Virus record (IMG/VR): IMGVR_UViG_3300024999_000093
Location: 3,696 to 67,695 of that record
DNA length: 64,000 bases
Source: a virus
Direction: 5' to 3' (one strand)
Part shown: positions 55,722 to 64,000 of the stretch, in pieces
Layout: the number at the start of each line of letters is the position of its first letter
Numbering within the stretch: the first letter of the stretch is position 1
Notes under the pieces: model-generated
Told to the model about the DNA's origin: nothing
What the model saw: the letters and a program-made list of their open reading frames with translations, nothing else
Databases searched by the model: none
Position numbers and translations under genes: made by a program

Positions 55722-55859
55722 ATGAGAAAGAAATTTACCACAACGCTCGATGAAGAGTTGATAAAAAGTATAAAAATTAAAGCCATCGAGGAAAATACAG
55801 ACGTTAGTAAGTTGCTGGAAAAGATGATCAAAGACTATCTTGCAAGGAAGGAAGGCTAA
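55722..55859 (+). CDS. ribbon-helix-helix protein
   Basis: Manual translation MRKKFTTTLDEELIKSIKIKAIEENTDVSKLLEKMIKDYLARKEG; GAGGTG RBS. Confidence 0.7.
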   Translation: MRKKFTTTLDEELIKSIKIKAIEENTDVSKLLEKMIKDYLARKEG

Positions 55860-56422
55860 AAACCTTCCTTTTTCTTTATATATAAGTCGTAGAAGGTAAC
55901 CCCAACGGCATAAGCCTGCCAGATGTCTTTACTGAACCCATGAAACCAGCCCGGATTAGATTTTGTTCCCTTGCCATGATTCGGTTGTCCAGGTGCAAAC
56001 CTATCCACCAATGCCTGAGTTATATTAGAATCCTTAGCCTTCATATTGTGACAAAGATTCATCTTTTCGTCTTTGCGGTAGATGTACTGCGCTATTCTTC
56101 CGCACTGTTCCGCCATTTCCGTAAATCTTCCAACCCATACACAGGTATCAAAAACCGTAGCACCAACACTCATTCCGTATGATGCCACCATTTCGATTGC
56201 AACCCCTATTGGCTTATCGGGAGTGTAGTAATGTTTCAATAACCTCCTCATCTCTGTCTTTACATTCTCGTTTGAAAATTTCCCAAATTCTATAGGATTT
56301 AAGCTTTCATCAAGCATTACGTATGCGCTCTCCGCGCTTCCCGGATCGACGGCAAGTATCATCCCAACATCCCCCTCATATCTTCGTCCTGCACATCCAC
56401 TGATGCGCTTCCCCAACCCCAA
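55856..56422 (-). CDS. RuvC-like Holliday junction resolvase
   Basis: ILAVDPG...VAIEMVASYG...DIWQAYAV; probable start at MILAVDPG. Confidence 0.65.
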   Translation of the reverse strand: MGLGKRISGCAGRRYEGDVGMILAVDPGSAESAYVMLDESLNPIEFGKFSNENVKTEMRRLLKHYYTPDKPIGVAIEMVASYGMSVGATVFDTCVWVGRFTEMAEQCGRIAQYIYRKDEKMNLCHNMKAKDSNITQALVDRFAPGQPNHGKGTKSNPGWFHGFSKDIWQAYAVGVTFYDLYIKKKEGF

Positions 56423-56666
56423 CTACCCCTGCACTCTCGACAACCTTGCGTATATTCTCATCCAACTCACAGTCCTTCATGTACTTCCGGCCACTCCTGA
56501 TAACCCCATTTCCCTGCAGTGTTGCTCGGTAATCAGTAATTGTCGTCCGACTCATCTTCAGATGATAAGCCAGCCTTGATACGCAACCATGCTTTTCTAT
56601 TTCTTTTTCGAGTTCAGCGAGCATGGGATATAGAGTTTTTAGTCTAGCTGTTTTTGTGTTTTTCAT
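56376..56666 (-). CDS. HTH-like hypothetical protein
   Basis: VSRLAYHLKMSRTTITDY. Confidence 0.45.
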   Translation of the reverse strand: MKNTKTARLKTLYPMLAELEKEIEKHGCVSRLAYHLKMSRTTITDYRATLQGNGVIRSGRKYMKDCELDENIRKVVESAGVVGVGEAHQWMCRTKI

Positions 56667-56735
56667 GCGGACCTCCTTCGAGGGGTGAAAAGTTTAATAT
56701 GCACCCCTATTTATTTGCTTTATTTCCATAATATG

Positions 56736-57128
56736 CTAGAAGGGGATGTCCTCAGACAAGTTAACCTCTGTGCCGAATGAAGGATTACCACCTGTTGCGT
56801 TATTATTGCTTTGTTGTTTAGGCGGGAAGTCAAAGCCTTCAACGATTATCTCGGTAATCCACTTTTTAACCCCATCTTTCTCGTATGACCTGATTTGCAC
56901 CCTGCCCCATATTGGGAAGAGAGAACCTTTTTTAACATAGTCAGCAATGAGCTCGCCTGTTTTTCCGAATGCCTGACAGTTGAAAAAATCACTCTCATAA
57001 TTGCCTGTTGTTTTGTCTTTGAAATCTCTCTTGACTGCATAGTTGAAGTTGCAAACTGAGGTTCCCCCACCCAAAACTTTTAGAGTTGGTTCATCGGTGG
57101 CTCTTCCAGAAAATTGACATTTATTCAT
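56736..57128 (-). CDS. ssb: single-stranded DNA-binding protein
   Basis: MNKCQFSGR...DFFNCQAFGKTGE...GRVQIRSYE...C-terminal EDIPF. Confidence 0.92.
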   Translation of the reverse strand: MNKCQFSGRATDEPTLKVLGGGTSVCNFNYAVKRDFKDKTTGNYESDFFNCQAFGKTGELIADYVKKGSLFPIWGRVQIRSYEKDGVKKWITEIIVEGFDFPPKQQSNNNATGGNPSFGTEVNLSEDIPF

Positions 57129-57131
57129 TCT

Positions 57132-57884
57132 TTATCTTCCTCCCAAAATTTGATTAAACTTCTCACTAAATTCCTGCTCAGCCTGAGTAACGTACATCTT
57201 GCGAATAATCTCTGTATCCTGCTTCAATATAGACCACATCTTTTCTATGGCACTTTTTAGGTCGTTATCGACCTCGCTTATGACCTCGTTTATTCTTTCT
57301 TCCCAGTGATAATCCCACGCAGGTTCAGGTTCCGCCAATACTCCGAGATCACCCTTGGTTTCCTCAACGGGATTATTAGCCACAACGAGACACGCTTCCT
57401 TGCTACTGCAACTACCGCATGAGTAACAGATAGGATCATATTCCCCAAAACATCCCGGCACACGGTTAGATTCCTCAAACTCAACCTTGAAATATTCCTT
57501 ATCACCTCCTTTAGTTTCTGACTCCTTATCACCATATCCCCCAACAATCCCACCCTCATCCTTATTGCTCGTCCCTAATGCCTGTTCTGTGACCTCTCGT
57601 GGGATAATAGCACCTTCGTCAACCTCTGTAACTGCTTTATAGGTAGCTTCCAGCTTTGCAAACTTTCCGCTTTTGTCCCCTTTCACATTATCAACCCTCT
57701 TTCTGTATTCTGTAGGCGTAATAAACGCACCATCTTTTACCTGCACAACTTCAGGTTCGGTAATCTTCTCGCCATCCTTGTCAATGAAGTACCTAACACA
57801 CGGACTAGCTCTTGTTGTGCATTTCTCGCTTGCTAGTTTTTCTGTTAGGATTGTGCCATAGGACCGCATGTTGCCATGTTTCAT
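57132..57884 (-). CDS. hypothetical protein
   Basis: 250 aa; PGCFGEY...CxxC..C motif. Confidence 0.5.
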   Translation of the reverse strand: MKHGNMRSYGTILTEKLASEKCTTRASPCVRYFIDKDGEKITEPEVVQVKDGAFITPTEYRKRVDNVKGDKSGKFAKLEATYKAVTEVDEGAIIPREVTEQALGTSNKDEGGIVGGYGDKESETKGGDKEYFKVEFEESNRVPGCFGEYDPICYSCGSCSSKEACLVVANNPVEETKGDLGVLAEPEPAWDYHWEERINEVISEVDNDLKSAIEKMWSILKQDTEIIRKMYVTQAEQEFSEKFNQILGGR

Positions 57885-58603
57885 GACCTAAACTCCTTTA
57901 CTTGTTCAATCCCCACTACAGGTTTCAAGGTTTTCTTAGGGTAATGCGATCCAATCTTTTTCCCCTTGGGCCTAATTAAAACCCCCTTAGGTCTAATTAA
58001 ATCTTCTCCCCTATCTCCTCTGTGATATCTATCGCGTACAGAGCTGTAGGACAGACCAAATTGTTCGGCCCACTCAGCCAACACCTTTGTTTCGTTATTA
58101 ATCGTGACATGAATATTAGTTCTCATGTTTAGTGCCTGTTGTTTCCTGGTTGCCCATCTGCAATTTTCGGGGCAATAATTTCCGTTATTGTCCTCCCTGT
58201 CTAGCTCCAGGTCATTCCGGTAACCACTGTTTAATGCCCAATTGTAAAAACTTTTCAATTTCTCCCATTCGCTACAAACCGATATCCCCCTTCCTCCGTA
58301 ATAATGATAATCCTGATTACTAGGATTATTGCACCTAGATAGCATTTTGTGCCACACGTTATATATGGTGGTGTGTGATAAGCCGTGTGTTTTACGCAAC
58401 CTATGAGCTGCATATTTAGTACACCCACAATTTAAAATCTTTCCTTGACTCAGATACCTCCAAACCATATTCTTTGTGGAACCACATCTGCACCTACACT
58501 CAAAGATATGACCGCGCTTTTCATCTTTTCCAATGTATTTTATTACAGTAAGATTATTAAATTTTTTACCTATTTTCTCCTTGTGTTTAAAGTTTGACGA
58601 CAT
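57881..58603 (-). CDS. HNH homing endonuclease-like protein
   Basis: CRCRCG...YYGGRGISVC.EW...LDREDNNGNYCPENCRWAT. Confidence 0.8.
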   Translation of the reverse strand: MSSNFKHKEKIGKKFNNLTVIKYIGKDEKRGHIFECRCRCGSTKNMVWRYLSQGKILNCGCTKYAAHRLRKTHGLSHTTIYNVWHKMLSRCNNPSNQDYHYYGGRGISVCSEWEKLKSFYNWALNSGYRNDLELDREDNNGNYCPENCRWATRKQQALNMRTNIHVTINNETKVLAEWAEQFGLSYSSVRDRYHRGDRGEDLIRPKGVLIRPKGKKIGSHYPKKTLKPVVGIEQVKEFRS

Positions 58604-59158
58604 TCAATCACATCCTAGAGATTTTAATTTAACTCCGCAATAGTCCATTAACTTCTTGCAAGCAGGACATGGCTGAGGATTTTCGTCCTCATTACAAACT
58701 AGATACAACTCCGCTCCGCGCAAATTTTTCAGTTCTATGCCTAGCAAAGCCGAAACTTCAGCGTGCACCGACCCACATTCATTATAGCTCCCAAAGTTAT
58801 GTGCAAAGTTCTTTCTAGCGCACGTAGTACATGCCTGTAAGGACTCATTCCAACCCCTTGATACTAAGTGACCATTCAGCACGATTACACAGGCATATTG
58901 GCGTTTTAGGCAGTTTGATTTTGGCAGGAGTTTTCTAGCTTCCTCAAAGTAGTTTGGTTCCTTGCAAAATATAAAGTGTTCATTGAAAAACTCATCTAAC
59001 TTGTCGCTATCCAAGAGCTTTATTTCATGCCTGTATCCAGAATTATTTTTAACATGGATACCTCCCCTGTAATTAAACCCCTCGTATATTTTCCCTTTGA
59101 AAAGCTCAATTTTACCTGTCCTATTCATGATTACATCCTTGATGCACTCTAGTTTCAT
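58604..59158 (-). CDS. deoxycytidylate deaminase-like protein
   Basis: SNCLKRQY, GWN, VHAEVSAL, PCPAC. Confidence 0.8.
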   Translation of the reverse strand: MKLECIKDVIMNRTGKIELFKGKIYEGFNYRGGIHVKNNSGYRHEIKLLDSDKLDEFFNEHFIFCKEPNYFEEARKLLPKSNCLKRQYACVIVLNGHLVSRGWNESLQACTTCARKNFAHNFGSYNECGSVHAEVSALLGIELKNLRGAELYLVCNEDENPQPCPACKKLMDYCGVKLKSLGCD

Positions 59159-59541
59159 CTTACTACCCTCCTTCTCTCATCTGCCCATTTCTTTGTCCTA
59201 CCAGCATAAACATCCATAAATGCGCTGACATCCGGCTTTACTCCTGCCTTGACAGCTTGTTTTCCGGCTTTGAGCAAATGAATGAGGAATGTACTCATTG
59301 CGTCAACCTGCTCAGATTCCAACACATCGCGATAATTAACTCCGGTCAGGTATGTTCCATCAGCTATGTTTCCGATGTTTGCCGGGAGATTGTTTCTATG
59401 CCGCCAACACGCTATTATGTTTGACGTTTTACCTACTGCTTTGGCTATCTTGGTGTCGTTATTGCCTGAGTTGTAGAGTTGGATAGCTAAGGACTCGTTG
59501 AATGTTAGTGTTCGCATTTTGGTTCCCTCCTCATCTCTCAT
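59155..59541 (-). CDS. HTH domain protein
   Basis: LYNSGNNDTKIAKAVG...IACWRHRNNLP. Confidence 0.6.
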   Translation of the reverse strand: MRDEEGTKMRTLTFNESLAIQLYNSGNNDTKIAKAVGKTSNIIACWRHRNNLPANIGNIADGTYLTGVNYRDVLESEQVDAMSTFLIHLLKAGKQAVKAGVKPDVSAFMDVYAGRTKKWADERRRVVR

Positions 59542-60027
59542 CCGTTTTCTTCAGCACGCCGACCAATCTCGCCATGTTCTTCATGATCTCGTTGAACTCA
59601 TCATCCTTCACGTTCTGCCATCCTCCCTAGCTTTTCAGCTTTCCATGTGGCCTCTAGCTCCCTCATTTCTGACTGTAATTCTTCATCCGCGTTAAATCCC
59701 AACATAAAGGCCTTTCGGCATATCTCCCTCTCTCGCTCATTCTCCGGCAATACAATTTCTTTCACATTTAGCACTCCTCACCATAAAATCATTAGACAAG
59801 TATCGAATTTCCTTGCAATAATGCAATCCACTATGTCTTCGTCCTCAATGTCTGTCATTGTAAGTATTACTGTTAATTCCAACGCATCGCTATCTTTTGT
59901 CATATTGTCAGTTAGGGATTCTAATATCCCGAATTGTCTATCTGTAATTAATCCATTGATATTCATTTCAAAGATTGTTGCCTGGAATCTAGTTATCGCT
60001 TCAGCAATTGGCAACAATAATTCCTCC

Positions 60028-61329
60028 TTATAGATTAGCCACGTCTAGGACTTGCATCTTTGGCTTATCAAACTTAACCGGAATCATAACCTCGCCCTGT
60101 CCGTCCCTATTCTTGTCAAGATATACCCAATAATCAGGAGGGATTCTATACCCCTTACTGAGTGCTTCAACCTTCTCTTCCTCCGACATTGGCAGAAGCT
60201 TAATAAGTATGTCGCACTCGTTACGCATCTTCTTTGCAACTTGCAAGCTTCCGTCTTCGTTCAACTGAGCCAAGACTATTATTGCTATTCCTAATTCTGC
60301 TGCAATCGTCTTTAATGTCTTGCATATCAAGAAGAACTCCTGCCATTCTGTCGCATCCTTATCTGTTCTATCCATGCGCCCAATATAGTCAACAAATGCC
60401 ATCCTTATCCCTTTTTGAACATGTAGCTTGCGGACCATGCTTACTAATTTTCCTATATTCAAGGACGGACACGGATAATGGTAAAATGGTGCTTTCTCGA
60501 TAACTTCCATATGAGAGAAAATACTTAACTTCTGCAACTCAGTTATTTCGCCAAACTTTACTAAATCAGCCTCAACACCTGAAAGCATGGACGCGAATCG
60601 AAGTATAACCTGTTGCTTACTCATTTCTGAATTAGCGTAAAGGGTCCCGGCTTCATGAAAAAAACAACCACTGGCAATAAAGTTTTGAGCAAATGCAGTC
60701 TTTCCTTTGCCACTCTCAGCAGCGACTATGGCAAAATCTCCGCCCTTCCAGCCACCCGTTAAGCGATTTAACTTACCTATGCCTGTACTTATACCAAGGA
60801 GTTCCCCCTTGTGGCTCATACGGTATTCTATAGTCTCTCTTCCGATTCTAACGAGATCCTTGCCAGTGTCTATCTGCTCGGTATTACTTGTTATTAACTC
60901 GGCAATGTCTCGACCAGCATCCTGAATAAGCTTGTCCACATCAATAATAGGTTCCTTGATTTCCTCAGCTAGTTTTTTAAGTGTCATTCTCAGACTTCGT
61001 AGTCTAGCCTTGTCTTTGACGTTTTTAAACCAATAAGGAAGGGAAACTGTTGAGACATGAAATCCAATGGTTTGCTTAGCGTACTCCCGATCATCTACGC
61101 TCGATAAGGTTCCTCGCTTAACTCCCTCTTTGAGCATTTCTAGGTAGGTTGGCTTGACTGCTTTTATAAACAGTCCATTGAGTATGTCGTACATGGCTTG
61201 GTGCCTTGGTTCGTAGAAATCGTTAGTTTGCATTGTGGCGCAAGTTTCGATCATAGATTCCTCACTCGCTAACATGGATGCTATAATGCACCTTTCACTG
61301 TCGATATCATAGTATTGACTTACCTCCAT
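60028..61329 (-). CDS. dnaB: DnaB-like replicative helicase
   Basis: AAESGKGKT, SEMS, FVDYIG, LAQLN, KNRDG. Confidence 0.92.
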   Translation of the reverse strand: MEVSQYYDIDSERCIIASMLASEESMIETCATMQTNDFYEPRHQAMYDILNGLFIKAVKPTYLEMLKEGVKRGTLSSVDDREYAKQTIGFHVSTVSLPYWFKNVKDKARLRSLRMTLKKLAEEIKEPIIDVDKLIQDAGRDIAELITSNTEQIDTGKDLVRIGRETIEYRMSHKGELLGISTGIGKLNRLTGGWKGGDFAIVAAESGKGKTAFAQNFIASGCFFHEAGTLYANSEMSKQQVILRFASMLSGVEADLVKFGEITELQKLSIFSHMEVIEKAPFYHYPCPSLNIGKLVSMVRKLHVQKGIRMAFVDYIGRMDRTDKDATEWQEFFLICKTLKTIAAELGIAIIVLAQLNEDGSLQVAKKMRNECDILIKLLPMSEEEKVEALSKGYRIPPDYWVYLDKNRDGQGEVMIPVKFDKPKMQVLDVANL

Positions 61330-62063
61330 TCGATTTTTCCTTCTCTCTTGGGAGGTTCCTTATTTTCAGTCAAAACAGGTACACCATTTACATAATCCTC
61401 ATAGCGTTTCTGTGGTCCAAGAAAAGTTGACGCTTGAAGAATAAACTTAGGTTCGTTTCCCTTCATGGCTATAGCATAGTTCTTGGATGAAGAAACTAAA
61501 TCGTCAGGAGTAGCCTCGTTTTCCTTATCCTTCAGAATTGTTTTCCAATTTTTAAGGGCTGCTGTCTTTCCTAATTTCTTAGGATACGATTTCCAAAACT
61601 CTTCAAATTGTTCTATATATTGATTGATATTCTCCTTGGATTGATATACTACTTGTGCTGTGTTTCCTTGACCACATAGCCCCTGTGTTGTCTCGGCTAC
61701 ATAGCCTATGTTGTCTGCGCTCACAGCCTTATCAAAAAATAGATTTTCAACATTATGAGTGAACCGAAAATACAATGTATTGTCCTTGCTCTGGAATGTT
61801 TCAATCAGGCTTAATAATTTAAATTTTTTAATACGATCACCGATCGAGTGCTTATCCTTGAACCCTAATAATGGCATTTGCTCAAGTAGGTGATTATAGT
61901 TGATCCAGATGTACTCCTTGCCATCTAGTGTCAATGTTTTCTTTTTAGTGGCAAAGGTCCAATCTTTTAAGTAATCCAATATTGCCCAATCTATTAAGTC
62001 CGTTTTTTTATCAAGCCCAAGCTTTGTAATTGCGTACTGATTAATAACTATGGTGTACTTCAC
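61320..62063 (-). CDS. phage replication initiator (lambda O-like), internal iteron-like repeats
   Basis: wHTH N-terminus, FEEFWKSYPKK C-terminal domain; ACATAGCC..TGTTGTCT repeats at ~61674-61720. Confidence 0.75.
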   Translation of the reverse strand: MKYTIVINQYAITKLGLDKKTDLIDWAILDYLKDWTFATKKKTLTLDGKEYIWINYNHLLEQMPLLGFKDKHSIGDRIKKFKLLSLIETFQSKDNTLYFRFTHNVENLFFDKAVSADNIGYVAETTQGLCGQGNTAQVVYQSKENINQYIEQFEEFWKSYPKKLGKTAALKNWKTILKDKENEATPDDLVSSSKNYAIAMKGNEPKFILQASTFLGPQKRYEDYVNGVPVLTENKEPPKREGKIEWR

Positions 62064-62064
62064 C

Positions 62065-62958
62065 TTAACCCACTTCCTTTTGATTCCTGCGATAATCGGG
62101 CCATGCTACCTTCGTATATACTTGACCATTCACGTATCTAGCAAAGTCCCTTTGATATTGACTTGTCCTGTCATAAGGCATTACGAACGCCCTAATGCCT
62201 AAACTCTTCAGCATTTCAACCCTGTATAAGTCCTCATCCTCTGTTGTCTCATATCCTATTAGCACATAAAACATTAACTTATAGGACTTCATATGATTCA
62301 ATAAGACACTTATCCCCGCCATTACATCCTGTTCTAATTCCATTGAATCCCAAGCAAATCGGAGCCTGTAACCATCCCACAACTTTACTTTTGATAATAA
62401 CTTGGCTTTATCATCATCAATTAGGCGAATATCTAAGCCTTGGTTAAAATCAGTTTGTATCTTGTTCTTGATAACTTGGTTTAGAATTAAATTGAAATGC
62501 TCAGTATCTCCAGCCAGATTGTTATCCATGAGCGTTAATCTTTTCTGGCCTCTCCAGAATTGATGGATATCAGCCACCGGATGAAGTTTTCCTTCCTTTT
62601 GTGGCACGATGCAGAATCCACATGACCTCGTACATCCCCTGGTTGTAAATCCACAAGCAATATTAGAATTGTATAGCGAGTAGTCCGGGTAACAATTCTC
62701 AATAAGAGATCCCAGTTTTAGATCAATATCGAATCCACTTCCTCCTTGCACAACTTGGCAATCGGATGGAAAATAATCGAATTTGTCCGAATCCTTAAAA
62801 ACCTTTGATGAATAAATAATGTCAGGATGATCAAAAAGCGGATCAAATATTTTTACTTCATTACCAAGTGATTTGTGATATGCCGACAATTTCATCAATG
62901 CAAGATTTGGTATTTTACTATCTACATCCACTAAGCCGATTTTCAACCTTAGCACCAC
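62065..62958 (-). CDS. radical SAM protein
   Basis: PNLALMKLSAYHK, TRGCTRSCGFC (CxxxCxxC), DNN, DFNQGLD. Confidence 0.85.
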   Translation of the reverse strand: MVLRLKIGLVDVDSKIPNLALMKLSAYHKSLGNEVKIFDPLFDHPDIIYSSKVFKDSDKFDYFPSDCQVVQGGSGFDIDLKLGSLIENCYPDYSLYNSNIACGFTTRGCTRSCGFCIVPQKEGKLHPVADIHQFWRGQKRLTLMDNNLAGDTEHFNLILNQVIKNKIQTDFNQGLDIRLIDDDKAKLLSKVKLWDGYRLRFAWDSMELEQDVMAGISVLLNHMKSYKLMFYVLIGYETTEDEDLYRVEMLKSLGIRAFVMPYDRTSQYQRDFARYVNGQVYTKVAWPDYRRNQKEVG

Positions 62959-63083
62959 TTTCCTTCCTATATTAACAGTATACCATAAGTATGTCCATGT
63001 TGTCCATATAAACCAACGTGTAAAACATGGATAAGTTGACCATAATATACCTGTCTGATATAATATTTTTAGGAGGGGATAGT

Positions 63084-63263
63084 ATGGTTGGCGAAAAGAT
63101 GATCCGGTTCAATTTGATGATTACGCCTACGCAATTAAAAGAGATAGATCACTACCGAGGAAAAGAGGATAATCCTCCATCTAGGGGATCTGAGATTCGT
63201 GAGTTAATCAGATTAGGACTAGAAGTAAAGAAAAATAAGGATTCAGTCGGCAGGGACAAATAA
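63084..63263 (+). CDS. ribbon-helix-helix protein
   Basis: IRFNLMI...SRGSEIRELIRLGL; promoter TTGACC-N17-TATAAT and AGGAGG. Confidence 0.65.
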   Translation: MVGEKMIRFNLMITPTQLKEIDHYRGKEDNPPSRGSEIRELIRLGLEVKKNKDSVGRDK

Positions 63264-63368
63264 CATCCCTGCCTTATTTTTATCCCCGGCACTCTCTGCA
63301 CAGCCACAACCCTTGTACCAACCTCACTCGTTTAGCTCGGTTACATCGTTGGCACTTGATCTTCAACC

Positions 63369-63839
63369 TCATGGGAGGGTGTACCATTTGCCAATCACAA
63401 ATATGCGCTTGCATGTCGGATAATCTTGGCCTTCGACATCAATGGCACGTAAAAATCTACGGTCGTTAACATCGTGTCTAATGCCATCAAGGATGAAATA
63501 CACGTTTTTCCCGTTAATCCAAGCTTGTACCGCCTCTTGCCACGTTACTTCTTGAGGAACTAACTCCCATTCCCAGTCGAGCTTATTGTGTATATCGAAG
63601 AAGGCATCCCTGAATTCACCGTGTTCAAAAAACTTAATATATCCCTCTTCATTGCATCCGATTACGAAGTCCCTATTTGGATTTACAATACAGCCATTTG
63701 TGCATTTAAACTTCGCATCTCGGTTATCGGTTAAGGATTTGATCATTTCCCACGTTTTCATCAATACCACTCCTTTATTCAATTTCCCATTTACCATTAA
63801 TTTGCTCAATTGATAATCCAACCTTAAAATACCAGCCAT
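63369..63839 (-). CDS. hypothetical phage protein
   Basis: MKTWEMIK...WELVPQEVTWQEA; neighbour 63775-64000 shares the WELV..PV.F..A motif. Confidence 0.55.
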   Translation of the reverse strand: MAGILRLDYQLSKLMVNGKLNKGVVLMKTWEMIKSLTDNRDAKFKCTNGCIVNPNRDFVIGCNEEGYIKFFEHGEFRDAFFDIHNKLDWEWELVPQEVTWQEAVQAWINGKNVYFILDGIRHDVNDRRFLRAIDVEGQDYPTCKRIFVIGKWYTLP

Positions 63840-64000
63840 AAGGATGAAAATTAGAGCTTCCTGCGCCTTTGATGGGTTTGCCGCTATTCACAGCCGTCAT
63901 GAAATCCACTGGCTTGCGAACTAATTCCCAATCGCTATTAATTTTTATATTTCCAGTAAATCCCCCAGATCCAAGTGCGCTAGGTATCAATTTACCAGAA

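Overview
The whole window is phage DNA from a spore-forming Firmicute. A Clostridia/Peptococcaceae-like host is my inference from composition and gene content. The phage is temperate with podovirus-like morphogenesis genes: P22-type TerS, TerL, portal, scaffold, capsid, tail adaptor/hub, tail fibre and ejection-type proteins, with no tape measure. Gene order is circularly permuted. Early genes (Cro, Rha, C5 methyltransferase, Spo0A-effector homologue, AAA ATPase) run left from 7.8 kb. Replication and middle genes (DnaB, initiator, SSB, dUTPase, dCMP deaminase, two alphaCTD mimics) run left from 64 kb into the late and lysis genes. The lysogeny slot between lysis and CI has no integrase. It holds a plasmid-type replicon (countertranscript-like leader, Rep, three 22-bp-spaced iterons, three DnaA boxes), a RacA-like HTH/coiled-coil gene, and a compact FtsK + replication-relaxation + SpoIIIAC-like + M23 operon behind a sporulation-type promoter. 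This suggests a phage-plasmid with its own DNA-translocation system, possibly for entry into the spore. RNA-level features: a group I intron splitting the major capsid gene, whose HNH promoter spacer mimics the homing site; three covarying copies of a structured leader whose loop can pair with the RBS; four covarying H-type pseudoknots between early genes; and a tRNA-like ncRNA. All protein calls come from visual motif recognition; no searches were run.
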